Shown here: in pieces, positions 39,279 to 52,349 of the stretch
How the letters are laid out: each line of letters opens with the position of its first letter
How positions within the stretch are numbered: the stretch's first letter is position 1
Source: Sphagnum compactum
Taxonomy: Eukaryota
Length of the DNA: 64,000 nucleotides
Reading direction: 5' to 3'
Assembly: GCA_965153455.1 (NCBI GenBank)
Contig: OZ234493.1
Span: 6,562,213-6,626,212 of the forward strand
Position numbers and translations under genes: made by a program
Notes under the pieces: generated by a model
The model's input: the letters and a program-made list of their open reading frames with translations, nothing else
What the model was told of the DNA's origin: nothing
Databases searched by the model: none

Positions 39279-42200
39279 GGGATGCTCTGCCTCCAGTTGG
39301 GCTCAATTTGCCCCCTGTCTCTGGTGTCTCGGTCCCTTCCTTCCCCCCTCCCCCTATGCTGGCTTCGGCCCTTATATCCCCCTCTCCCCCCCCTTTCCAG
39401 TGTGGTCACTCAGGCCAGTTGTCAAGCCGGCCCACTTGTTCCCTTGCCAGCAAGAGTGGGGCTCATATGATGTTCCTTGTTCCAGATGTGGTGCCTTTTT
39501 CTTTCGGCGAGACATCATCAACGGCATTTTCAGGCTTTTCTTTTGGTGGTTCTTCTTGCATTTCAACTTCCCTTCATGCCCCTTTTCCCCCTCCTATGGC
39601 TTGGACTTGGGTGTTAGAGGTGGAACCCCTTAGTGCCTTCCATTTGGGTCTTCTTTGACCATGTTGTATTCGCCAATCCTTTTCACTTTAAGGAAGTGCA
39701 CATTGCTTTTTGTTTGCTTTTGGATTGGCTTGCTCAAGACTCGTTCGACATTGTTAGGCTAACATTTATTTCTGTTTTTCCCTCAATGGTGTCTTGTCCT
39801 CCTTGCTCAGGTGGCATGACTAAAGACTGAGAGACTAGGGCTTGACTCTAGCAGTTTTTGTCTAGAGATTAGGAGGAGCTCCAAGCATAGCATTTTTTTT
39901 GGGCGCAAGCACTTGTTGCAATTTTATCTTTAGATAAAGAGTGAAGCTTGGTTTTAGGGCATGCCAAAAAGTATGTTCATGTAGCAAGGGCCATGGCCCC
40001 TTGGGCGCCAACTTTTTCTTCCTCAAAAATTGTTTATCCTTTACAAGCTTTCCACCCTTCGGTTTCACCTTCCCCCTGCCCCAATTCTTTAATGGCCTTT
40101 TAGTTGGATGGAAACTTAAAATTATTTTTGGATTCTTGTAGGTTAGCCTTCATGGCCATGTCCCATCTTTCTGCAAAGGGACCTTTTGGCATGGTTTTTC
40201 AACATCTTTGGGATCTTTTGAATTTAAAAATCTTGCCAACAACTTCAATTAGCTTCACCAGCTGAATTCCCATATTACCGCAAGTCGCTTCTTAACGTTC
40301 ATTGTTCGCATCCTTGGTGCCATTAGGCTATTGGCTTTGGCCAAGCCTTTAGGTGGCATCAAACTGATTGCAATGGGCAAGGTCCTCTATTGGTTAGTCA
40401 ACATAACTTTATGTATTCAACTCCAAGATACATTCTCTTCTCATTTGTTGCCTCATCAATTTGGCATGGCAGTTAAGGACGGGTGTGAGGTGGTGGTGGA
40501 TGGTATTTGTGTTTCTTTGGATGTCTGTCCCCATTGGGTGGTGCTGCAAATGGATGTGGTGAATTCATTAACTTCATTTTGCATAAGGCCATCTTCTAGG
40601 AGTTTTGTGCGACAGGAGGCCAGTTGTCCTTACTCTTCTTTTTTATTTGCCTTTTTTATGCCCAATTGCCCTTGTTCTTTAATCATCATTTCGGGCTCAG
40701 AGGAAAGTTCTTTGTTATCTTTTTGTTTGTGGGCACACATTAAGGTGACCACTCGTTGGGCCTTTTTTTGCTTTTGTTTCTTGTGCCTTACAAACTTCTT
40801 TTGTTGTTTTTCCTTTATGTACATCCCTTTGTTGGCAAATGACACTTACATCCTTGGCCCTACTTCCTTCATTCCCTTCGCTTTTAACCATTTTGCTTCC
40901 CAACTAACCTAATGGGTTTAGCTATCTAACCCCACAAATGCATAGTTTGGTCCCCTTTTGGCTTGGCCCCCACTTTTTCCCTCCTTTTGGTTTTGGCTGC
41001 CCTTTCGACGGCATTAGGGTTTTAAGGGTCTTCTTTGGTTTTGTGCATTCTCCTTTTCTTTTTTGTAGTATGCTTTCGATGAAATTGTCCACCATGCATG
41101 TGCTTCCAAGGTTGGGGGATGTCCAAGTTGCTTTTGGGATCCTATTTTGATGTTTCACATAGAGACGTTATTTGCTTTGTGTTTTCCCACCCTTCACAAA
41201 ATTTCGACACCAATTTGTTTCCTTCGACTTGACCCTCATGCAAGTTTTTCAAAAAAGAATTAAGCCCAATTTTTTTTGAATGTTCAAATGAACTTTTGGT
41301 GAATTAGCAGGTTTCACTCCCCAATTCTAGTGGGATAGGCCTTGTTTTTATAAAGACCATTGCACTAGCAATTTACTTGGGGAGTTGTGCATTAGTAGGG
41401 CCTATCATTACTTTTAGATTCTTGTTGGATTTGCATTCATTCCTTTTGGAGGCCATTGGGGCAAGTAGTTCAAGTTATTCCTCTTCTAAGCATAGTTGAA
41501 GTTCAAGAACTTTTTCTTTTAGTATCGACAACATGTTTACCCTATTTGAACAGCTTGTAAAAAGGGGAGCACATAAACTTCAGGAGACTATTTCAAAAAA
41601 ACTGCACAACCATTATTTTTCCAATATCATTTCTAACATGTCTTCTAACTCACATTAGGCACATTTAAAGTCATGTGTAGGGCCTAACATGGGAGCTTGG
41701 TCATCTATTCACCTTGTCATCCCATGTTTTTGTTTACCCTCATATGTTTTCTCCTTTGCGTTACAGACTAGGTTAGGCCTCCCCCATTCTTTAGCTCTTG
41801 GTCTAACACATTGCATATGTGGCCAGTCACTAAACCCCTGGGGATCCACTTCCTCCACTGCACCCATGGTGGGGAAAGGACTACAACCCATGATGTTGTT
41901 CGGGATGCTTTGTGTCCATTGTAAAAGATACAAGGTTTCATGTCTTATGGGAGCAAACTCATGTTCTGTTGTTGTTTTTTCTTTAGCCTTCTTGTTGGTA
42001 GGTCGACATTGTTTTGTTGGTTGATGGCATTCGCACATTGGCCAATGTCATCATTACCAACCCCATTCAAGAAGACTTAGTATCATAGGCGACTCTTTCT
42101 TATGGGGCGGCTGCAATAGTGGCGGCTCAAGGGAAAGAAGGACTTTATTACGATTATTACCCAACAAACGTGTTTATTCCTCTTGCCATATGGGTTTTTG

Positions 42201-42550
42201 GGTGTCTTCATTAGTAGTCCGATAGTTATCTTCATCGATGTGCTAACATGGCATGGACAACAATGGGCACCAGAGGCCTTCCTTTATCAGTTTTGCATTC
42301 CTTTTATAGACAAAAAATGTCGGTGGCTTTATAGAGGGCGTGGGTCGCCTCCATTTTGAGGTGGGCTGTTACTACAAGGGAAGGTTCTTCTAGGCTTGGA
42401 GTTTTATCTCCCCTTTCGTTAACTAATATGTTTCAAACGACCAGTGGAGGTTTTGATACTTAGTGGTTCCCTGACCTCCTTGTGGCTCACCTCTTTTGGG
42501 CTGTTTGTTTGCATGGACTTTGGTCCTTGCCATTTGTTTCTTTTTCTTTT
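39279..42550 (+). mobile_element. Degenerate non-LTR retrotransposon with RT, CCHC knuckle and C-terminal restriction-like endonuclease (CRE-like)
   Basis: RT: LLALAKPLGGIKLIAMGKVLYWLV...PHQFGMAVKDGCE...VVLQMDVVNS, GTH*GD, LANDTYILGP (40320-40860). C-terminus: RLGLP...CICG...HFLHC..GGERTTTHDVVRDA...VDIVL..DG...K..Y...FIPLAI.VFG (41760-42210). Many stops; ends approximate. Confidence 0.85.
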
Positions 42551-45500
42551 CCTTTCTGGGTCCATTCACAATGAGGTTACTGAAAAAAGGAAAAAGGATT
42601 CTAGGACTTTTGTAGAACTACTTTTTACAAATAACATTTACATGAAACAAATTCTAGTGAAAAAAATTGAATAATCCAATATAAGATAATTCATGTGGTG
42701 GTGGTGGTGACTTTTCACATGCATACATAATTGTGCATGAATATTTTGGTTTATAAACAAAAAAATAGAAAATGAAAAAATGGGATTCTAAAATCAATTA
42801 AACATGTTTTTTTACATTATTATTTCCTGCACATGTGACGTGCATCTAAAGCAATTTCTTTTTGAACCTAATGGATATAAAAAAACATCCAAATTATTTA
42901 ATAAAGGAATTGAAAATTTCAAGACCTTGAAATTTTCATGTGATTTGTTTTTATCAAATTAACATAATGAACATGTAGCTGGATAAAGGAACCATGTTCT
43001 TTTTATATAAAAAATTTGAAATCAATTGCATCATTTTATGCATTCCTTTGCATTCCCTTAACAAAAAATTGTAATATGAACACTTGATTCCTTTTGAGTC
43101 AAAGGACTCAAAAAAAGTTCTATACAACATCCAATTTGATTGTGGGATGTTTTTTATAATTTATTTTTTCAAAACTCCAATTGTAGGAACACAAAAATAC
43201 ACCATTGTTGTAATATATTAGACACTACGAAAATCTAAAATTGTTCATTAAGTCCTTTTTTAGTTAGACACTCATTTTTGGTACCCCAATTGTGAATGGA
43301 CCTTTCTTGGAATTTTTTTTATTATAAAGTTTGGCAAGGTTTCATCATTAGTCAATTATGGATCCCACCAAAAATATAAGTATCACTAAATAGTTCATTG
43401 GCAAGTTTTGGGTACTAAGTCACTAAAATAAACAAGCCGGTGACCAAACATTAATTGTCTCAATCACCTCCCTCTCATTCAATAGGCCTCCTTTCCACCT
43501 ACACTTCAAAAACAAAATATACACCATTACACCTACACTTTAAATGTACACCACTAGAAGCGCAATCATTGTCATTTAAATTGCTCAAAATGGGCCAAAG
43601 ATGAAGAAGATACACCCCTTCAAAGTTGGGGGGTAAAAATTGATATAAAAGAATGGATCGTACACATGGCAACCCAAGACGGTTTGTTTAATCACCTAAA
43701 ACTGAACAATCACTTGGGCATTAATGAACTAAATGCTACCTACTCCCATATTCAACTAGATGCAGATTTGAATGATCAACATTTTCAAAGAAAATGTTCA
43801 CTTTTGAACATAGGCCTCAAATCACATGCAACATAGGGCCTTTCCATCGCCAATAATGGGTAAACAATGGTTGATTCACCAAATTCAATGCTCCTATTCC
43901 AAATGTTTGTGTTTTCACCAAGTTCCACGCATCTACTTCTTAATTATGTTGTGAACTCCTGATTCCATCCTCCTTTGAGCCAAGGTTGCTATGAGTCACG
44001 GCATCTGTGTGTCTGTCACAATGTGACAAATGCATCTCAACACAAACGCACCTCTGCATCGCATTAGTATAGGGCCTAGTGATGACATTCTTCATTTTGC
44101 ACATTAAAATTCTTTAAAATTCTTCATTTAGCACCTTGTCATAACATTCTTTACCCGCGAATGTTTACCAAATTACACTGGTTGATCTATAAAATTCTTT
44201 AAAATTCTTGCTTCTTTGGGCTTCCATAACATTCTCGCACCAAGAATGTCATAACTATGGTATAGGGTCAGCCTAGGTCAACTTAGGATCTACCTAAGTT
44301 AAAGGGACTCTCAAGCTACCTGGACAGGCTTATGGGCAATCGAAACTAGGCCCATTTCAGTTTCCATAAAGCTTACAACAATGGAAAAATATCGGTTGCT
44401 ATAGGCTTGGTGACCGAAAAATTTTCGTTGCCACATGATTGGTGATAAAATGCTTTCGATTGCCACAAGCTTTTGTTATTGTTGAATACATTAATTATAT
44501 TAATCAAGCCTATTGCTTTTGTGTATAATGTTTCATTGATGGAAGGAAGACGGAACGTGTGAAGTCCATGGTATTTGATGCCAGAGGATAAACCAAGGAA
44601 GGTGGAATGTAAGTTTTGCGACAATGTTATTTTGTATTGCAAGGATAGAATGCTCTTCCACTTGGACTATCGATATGATAACAATGGGCAAGCTTGAGTT
44701 GCAACGTGTTCAAAGGCACATCCATGGATGAAGACACTATTTGCCCAATTTGGTGGACTTGTCCTTCCACCACTAAACGACATGGAAGTACTAGCCCATA
44801 TCTTGGATGGGCGAATAGAAGATGTGGCCATGGAAACGCTGAATCCTTCAATGGAAAAATAATCTACTTCAATGTCTCAAGTGGAAGGTGCTTGAAATTT
44901 CACCCCCCCTACAAACAACATAAAGGGTCCTAAAAAACCCACAAATAACACCACTCAAACTTTTCGACAGGTTTCATTACTTGAGGGATTGAATTCAGCC
45001 AAAAAACAAGATTTGGACAAGAAATGTGCAAATTTCTTTTATGAGGCGAACATCCCCTTTAGTGTTGTGCAACAACCAGCATTCATAGAAGCTATGAAAG
45101 CAACCTTCGAATCTCAAACCTATTACTAACCCCTATCACACCATGGATTGCGCACAAATTTGTTAAAGCAATTCAAAGTGGATGTGTCTAAATAAGTAAT
45201 TGAGAGGACACAAAATTCAATTCACAAATATGGAGCAACCATTTGTTTTGATGGTTGGGACATCGTTACATGACGTCCATTATTGAATGTAGTGCTTACT
45301 TGTCCAAGTGGCGATGTATTCATAAGTTCCATTGACACAACTGGGGAGCAAAAGAATGCTCATTACATACGTAATGCATTGGGTCGAAACATTGAAACCA
45401 GTGGAATCGACAACATTATACAAATTTGTACAGAGAATGTTTCGAGCATGATAAATGCAACTGACCTTCTAATCCATCATTTTCCAAGTCTTTATTTTCA

Positions 45501-46234
45501 ATGTTATGTTGCTCATTATCTGGACTTGCTATTGGAAGATTGGGAAAAACAACATGGGCGAAACAAATTGTGAAAAAATGTGAAAGTTGATGTTTCTTTA
45601 ATATGACAACACCATGTGCCACTAGCCACCTTTCGTTATTATGAAACCAACTTAATGCTACTAAACCCCACTAAAACATGGTTTGCAACCAATTTTTTAA
45701 TGGTTGAAACGTTGTTCAAGCTTAGACCAGCCATTGAACAAACTATTGTTGATCCTAATTGGACTATTTTTGTCAACTCATTACATGGCAGTTGTCGTTA
45801 GAAATTGCTCACCAAGGCAAAAGTTGTTTGAGCCAACATAAGGAGGGATGAATTTTGGGATACTTGTGCTAACTTTGTACACATGGTGGAACCGGTTTTA
45901 GTGTCATTGAAGGCATTTGATGGCAAACAACCTTGCATGGGGAGGTTGTGGCTTATCATGTAAACATTGGAGTGGCATGTTGTATCCTTACGAAATCCTC
46001 TGTTTACATTGCCATCAAACCTTGTAGATTTGATTGAAGATCAATTTTACTAGAAGTGGAAGATGTTGATAACTAACTTACATTATGCAAGGGCTTTTTT
46101 CAATCCATACTTGTTGGGTGGAGCTCACCTATATACAAGGAGGCCTTAAACAGAGTTTTGCGAAAAATAGTTTGTACCCCGACCACCTATGCCCTAGTTA
46201 GCTTTAAAAGATTTTACAGATTTTGTGAAAAGTC

Positions 46235-46547
46235 TGTTGAGAATTCAAGCTCAACTAGTTAGGTTTCTTTAGTTACTAGAGTAAGAAAGTAATTAGGTTA
46301 CTTTCACAAGGTTGAACTACGTTCTTTACTTATTTTAGTTTGGTTATTTGTGGTGTGGTCTTGTAGTTAAATACCTTGGTGTTGATGGTTTGGCTCTATT
46401 TTCTTCATTATACAAGTTTGTGTATTTCTTGTGACAAGAACCTTGGAGGGTTCTTGATGTTGTGTTTTGTGTTGTGAGCATTATGTTGTAGTTTCCTTTC
46501 AATAAAGATTTATGTTTGCACTTGAGTAGATCTCCTATTTGTTAACA
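46235..46547 (+). repeat. 5' LTR
   Basis: TGTTGAGAATTC...TTGTTAACA; contains AATAAA at 46501. Confidence 0.98.
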
Positions 46548-46559
46548 TGGTATCAGAGC
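46548..46559 (+). promoter_or_regulatory. Primer-binding site for tRNA-iMet
   Basis: TGGTATCAGAGC immediately after the 5' LTR. Confidence 0.97.
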
Positions 46560-47660
46560 TTAGGTTGTTTGGTGAGAAAGTTGAAAGAGATCTAGAGCTA
46601 GAAAGTCTCTAGAACTAGAGCTTGAGAGTCTCTAGTAATATCATAGGAGTTTGTCAAGTGCAAAAGAGAAACGGGGAAAGGAAAGAATGTGAAGAGAAAG
46701 AAAAGAAAAGAAAAAAGGTGAGAGGATATCAACATATCAAAGTTGTGGAAGTCAGATCTTTAAAGCTAGATCTAGAGCTACTGTGAAAAGATCTTGGAGT
46801 GAAACTTGGAGAGGTTGTAGAAGACTATAGGACGCTTCTATTCTCAAATTTTCAAAAAAAAAGGATATGTTTTGTGAGAGTTATGAGCTTTTGAAAACTC
46901 TGTGCCAGATCTGGTTTTTTGGTCATATCTCCTTTGTTTGAGCTTTTTTGGATCTGCAGCTTTGGGATATTATAGATCATATAGGAATATATGTGTGAGA
47001 GAAATTTCATGTCATTTGAATCTATATTGAGAGAGATCCAAGCATCTGAAGTTTCAGTCTCAGTTTTGAAGTCAATTTCTTTTGAAAGTGATATCTCTTT
47101 GTTGTCATCATCAATAGAGCTGAAATTTTGAGCAGATATAGAAGACATATATCTTATGTGTCTCCCAAAATCTCAAGGATTTTGGAGTTGTTGAGAGCGA
47201 GTTGTAAGTCATTTTGTGTTCAGGTCCCAGTTTGAGGTGACTTCAAGGAAGTAGCAAGATCTCTCAATTTATGAAGTTAAATGAGCTGAAATTTTGAGAG
47301 AAGGTAGTAGACATAGTGTTCTATGTTTCACCAAAATTTTAAATCGATCCAAGGTCATATGTGTGTGAAGTAGCTTTGCAAAGTTGCTGTGACAGAAGTT
47401 TGTTTTGAGAAGACACCAAAGCAAAGTTTTGAAGTGGAGCAAATACAACTTGGGAGAACTTGAAGGAAGGAGTTTGAAGATTGGGAAGCGCAAATACATT
47501 ATCAAGACCTTCGTACAAAAGTGTGGTATGTAATCATGTACTTAATACCATACGAAATATTATTCGAGGTACGTACCTATACGTAAAACCTATGTATAGT
47601 ATAGAATTTCGTATAATACTCAAGACATACATACATATGCAAGGTCTATCTTGTTCAGCC

Positions 47661-47720
47661 TTAACCCTAACCCTAATCCTAGAAACCTAAGGAAGGAAAA
47701 CCCTAACCCTAACCCTAGAA
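47661..47720. repeat. Telomere-like (AACCCT)/telo-box cluster in the copia leader
   Basis: TTAACCCTAACCCTAATCCTAG...AAAACCCTAACCCTAACCCTAG, ~60-120 bp upstream of the gag ATG. Confidence 0.7.
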
Positions 47721-47783
47721 ATCCAAGGAAGGAATTAAAATCATTTTGAAACCCCAAAAAGACATTGAGAGTTGCCTTGAGAG

Positions 47784-50700
47784 ATGGCAGATAATCTTTC
47801 TCAAATTGCAATTGAGAAATTGGACAAGAACAATTTTCAAGTGTGGAAATTTAGGATTATGAATTTCTTGATGGGGAAAGGTTATTGGGAATTCATAACT
47901 GGTGATGAGACAGAACCTCCTCTCCTAGAAAACCCCACACAACAACAAATTCAAGCCAATAAAAGTTGGCATGAAAAAGCAAGGAAAGTCTTGTATTGGC
48001 TTTCTGTGAGTGTGTCTGATTCCATGATTGTGCATATTCAAGATGCACAATCACCCAAGCAAGCTTGGGATACATTGGTGAAAATGTATAGCACCAATAC
48101 ACAAGCTCGTAAAATGCAGCTCAAACAAGAGTTGCATAATCTATAGAAAAACAAGATGAACATCAGTGACTATTCTACAAAGGTGAAAAACCTTGCAGAT
48201 GCTCTTGCATCTATAAGAGCCCCTTTAGATGATGAAGATCTAGTGGCCGTGACCTTGAATGGACTTGGAAAAAACTATAGTCAGTTTTGTACCTCAATTG
48301 CAGTTCGAGAAACATTTCCCGATTTCCAAGACCTAATAACCCTCCTTATAAGTGAAGAAATGAGAATTGTTGGTACCTCATCCAATGGAGGATCACAAGA
48401 GAGTGCCTTCTACTCAAATTCTAATAGAGGTAGAGGTAGAGGTGGTAAAACTTCATTTCGAGGTCGACACGGAAGCTTGCATGGTGGACATCATCAACAT
48501 GAAGGTCAATTTCATGGAGGTGGACGAGGAAGCTTTAAAGGAAGAGGAAGTCGTGGAGGTCGCGGTGGAAGTCATCGAGGTCAACAACCAAATAGCGACC
48601 CATCGAGGTTACTACTGCGGGAAACCTGGGCACATGGCAAAGAACTGTTATCAAAGGGAGCATGATGCACGAAATGGAAAACTGCAACAAGGGAATTATG
48701 CATCAACTAGCAATCAAGGTGACGAACAACTGTTTGTGATGCAGCACATGGCAAATTCAATGATAGGAGGTGTATCAGATAACAATGTCTGGTATGTGGA
48801 TTCTGGAGCTTCAAACCACATGACTAGCCATGGAGAATGGTTTAGAGACACAAGGGATTTGAAGACACCAGGGTTTGTGGAAACTGGTGATGACACTAGA
48901 CACCCCATCACACAAATTGGCAAGGTGCCATTGTCCATGCAAAATGGGCAAACAAAATACCTGAAAGATGTACTTCATGTTCCAACCATAACAAAAAATT
49001 TGGTCTCCGTAGGCCAGATGGTGGAACAAGGTTTACAGGTGACCCAAATGGATGTTTTGTGGAAGACATGAAGAACCAAGGCAAATTGATTACAAAAGGG
49101 GAAAAGAATGGACGAATGTTCACCTTGGATGTGAACATGCCTGAGGTGAATTCCATGTTATTCACACATGGAAAAGGAGCTGGAGACATTGGAATTTGGC
49201 ACAAGCGGGTTGGCCATGTTAATCTCCAACGTCTTAAGCTGATGGAGAAACAAAATCTTGTTGGAGGTCTTCCCAAATTTGGAACAGAAGAGGTGATGTC
49301 AGAAGTTTGTGAAGCATGTCAATTGGGGAAGCAAGCTAGGCATCCATTTCCAGCTCAAACAACTCATGTAAGTTCCAAACCTTTGGAAATGATCCACTCA
49401 GATGTGTGGACCACGAAGACAGAATCCATTGGAGGATGCAAGTACTACGTGAGTTTCATTGATGACCACACAAGGAAGGTGTGGGTCTATTTCATGAAAC
49501 ACAAAGGTGAAGTGTTTCAGCATTTTTTGAACTTCAAGGCAATGGTAGAGAAGGAGAAGGGTGTGAGCATCAAATGCCTAAGGTCTGATGGAGGGGGAGA
49601 ATATTTTTCAAATGAATTCAGTGAGTACTTGAAGGAGCATGGAATTCAAAGGAAGTACTCATGTAGTTACTCCCCACAACAGAATGGAGTTGCTAAAAGG
49701 AAGAACAGGCACATTGTAGAAATAGCACGTGCCATGTTGAATGAAAAGAACTTGCCAAATTACTTTTGGGCTGAAGCGGTAGCAACAGCAGTCTACATCA
49801 TGAATCGAACACCCACAGCGGCAGTTCATGGCATGACACCTGAAGAAAAATTCACAGGCAAGAAACCCGATGTTTCACACCTCAGAGTGTTTGGTTACAT
49901 TGCATACGTGCATGTTCCTGATGAGAAGAGATCAAAACTAGACCCAAAAGCTGAGAAATGTATCTTCATTGGATACTCCTCAGAACAAAAGGGATATAGA
50001 TGTTTTAGCCCTTCCACTCGGAAGTTGCAAGTGAGTACAGATGTTGTGTTTGATGAGATGGTTAGTTGGTACTCACCATTGAAGGTAGCAGAAGATGAAG
50101 AAGCTAGAAATGGTGATGTTTCATCAAATGTGGAACAAGAATCACAATTAATTAGTGGACCACAAGAGTCTTCAATTAGTGGGTCCAGTAGCATTCCATG
50201 GAAAGGAAGATTAAGATCTTCAAACATTGTACATGGTAGTTCACAAACATCATCTAGAAATTCTCATGTAGATGGTGAATCAAGTGAGTCAGAAAAGAGT
50301 GAGGGTGAAGAATCAAGAATCACCTCAATTACTACTCCTGGAGCTCGGATGGTCAAGAAAGCTTTGAAAACACCTGACAACAACATTGGAGTACGAAGAT
50401 CCACACGAGTCAAGTACCCTATACAAAGACTCACATATGATGGCTTTGTAGCTCATCATTACGCATACATGGTGAGAGTTATACAAGAGGTTGAACCCAC
50501 TTGTTTTGAACAAGCGGTTGGAAATCCTAAGTGGGACAATGCCATGGATGAAGAGATGGCGGCTTTGGATGCGAATGCTACTTGGGAATTGGTAGCTTTA
50601 CCAAAGGACAAGAAAGCAATTGGGTGCAAATGGGTGTACAAAGTCAAGCACAATGCAGATGGATCTTTGAGCAGATACAAAGCAAGATTGGTTGCCAAAG

Positions 50701-52064
50701 GTTATGCCCAAACGTATGGCATAGACTATGAAGAGACCTATAGTCCAGTTGCCAAAATGACAACTGTAAGAGCAATCATTGCTATGGCAGCAACAAAAGG
50801 ATGGTCTTTACATCAAATGGATGTAAAGAATGCTTTTCTTCATGGAGATTTACAGGAAGAAGTGTACATGGAACAACCACCAGGTTATGTGGACCAAACA
50901 CATCCTAATTTGGTTTGTAGGTTGAAGAAAGCTTTGTATGGCTTGAAGCAAGCACCTAGAGCTTAGTCAGACAAGATAGGTCAGTATCTTGTCACAAGTG
51001 GATTTCAAACATCCAATGCAGATTTTTCACTATATGTGAAAAAGACAGATCATGGGATTGTAGTCATAGTCATCTATGTTGATGACTTGATTATCACAGG
51101 AGATAGTGATGCAGACATCTCTGATTTGAAGAAGCTTTTGAAGCAAAAGTTTGAGATGAAGGATTTGGGAGAGTTGCGTTATTTCCTCGGCATTGAGGTA
51201 ATCCATTCCCCGAAAGGGATATGGTTACTACAAAGGCAATATGCCTTGAACAAATTGTCCGAATATGGGATAACGGGTCGTAAACCCATTTCAATTCCAT
51301 TGGAGCAAAATGTGAAGTTGAGTGTAGATGAAGGAGACCTCGTGGAGGATACCACTATGTACAAACGCATAGTGGGGAGTTTGATTTACATGACCATCAC
51401 AAGGCCAGATTTGAGTTATGCAGTTGGAGTGGTGAGTCAATTCATGCAAACACCATGAAAGCCACATTTGGATGCAATGAGGCGCATACTGAGGTACATA
51501 AAACATACCTTGCAATGTGGAATTTTTTATGAAGCCAAGAGCTAGTTACAAGTACATGGATACACGGATGCTAATTGGGCTGGCAATGTTTCAGATAGAA
51601 AATCAACTAGTGGTTTCATGTTTTCTTTTGGAAGTGGTGCTGTTAGTTGGAGCAGTAAGAAACAACCAACAGTTGCATTATCAAGCACGGAGGCAGAATA
51701 CAGAGGTGCAGCAATTGCTGCATGTGAAGTAGTTTGGTTACAAAAACTACTCTCAGATTTGGGACAGTTAGTGGATGCTCCTGTTGTCATCTATTGTGAT
51801 AACATTAGTAGCATACTACTTGCTAACAACCCGGTCTATCATGCTAGGACAAAGCACATTGAGGTGCACTACCACTTTATTAGAGAAAAAGTTCTAACAA
51901 AAGAAATTGACCTTATTCATGTCAGTACTGAAGATCAGGTTGCTGACATTTTCACAAAGGCTTTAGGTACAGACAAGCTAAAGAAGTTTCGAAAAATGCT
52001 TGGTGTACTAGAAGTGGATTTGAGCTTGAGGGGGAGTGTTGAGAATTCAAGCTCAACTAGTTAG
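47784..52064 (+). pseudogene. copia gag-pol polyprotein, disrupted
   Basis: Gag KLDKNNFQVWK; knuckle CGKPGHMAKNC; protease WYVDSGASNHM; integrase [44 protein letters not shown]; RNase H YTDANWAG, YCDN, ADIFTK. Stops at 48144, 50964, 51456 and 51543; frameshifts near 48600 and 49043. Confidence 0.97.
52028..52036 (+). promoter_or_regulatory. Polypurine tract
   Basis: GAGGGGGAG abutting the 3' LTR. Confidence 0.93.
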
Positions 52065-52349
52065 GTTTCTTTAGTTACTAGAGTAAGAAAGTAATTAGGT
52101 TACTTTCACAAGGTTGAATTACGTTCTTTACTTATTTTAGTTTGGTTATTTATGGTGTGGTCTTGTAGTTAAATACCTTGGTGTTGATGGTTTGGCTCTC
52201 TTTTCTTCATTACACAAGTTTGTGTATTTCTTGTGACAAGAACCTTGGAGGGTTCTTGATGTTGTGTTTTGTGTTGTGAGCATTATGTTGTAGTTTCCTT
52301 TCAATAAAGATTTATGTTTGCACTTGAGTAGATCTCCTATTTGTTAACA
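52037..52349 (+). repeat. 3' LTR
   Basis: Copy of 46235-46547 with 4 substitutions. Confidence 0.98.

Larger units (their letters stand above)
46235..52349 (+). mobile_element. Full-length Ty1/copia LTR retrotransposon (6115 bp)
   Basis: Two 313-bp TG...CA LTRs with 4 mismatches; 5-bp TSD AAGTC (46230-46234 / 52350-52354); PBS and PPT present; gag-PR-INT-RT-RH order. Confidence 0.99.

Noticed and set aside
39206-39830. Cluster of overlapping ORFs in a GC-rich stretch
   Set aside because: Explained as the decayed 5' part of the non-LTR retrotransposon.
46852-47505. Antisense ORFs (98 and 78 aa) in the copia leader as extra or env-like genes
   Set aside because: Short, no motif and no recognisable coding signal.
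47661-47720. Interstitial telomere
   Set aside because: Only a few imperfect units, and they are internal to the retrotransposon.
48590-49070. Programmed gag-pol frameshifting
   Set aside because: The shifts break conserved motifs, lack slippery heptamers and look like indel lesions.
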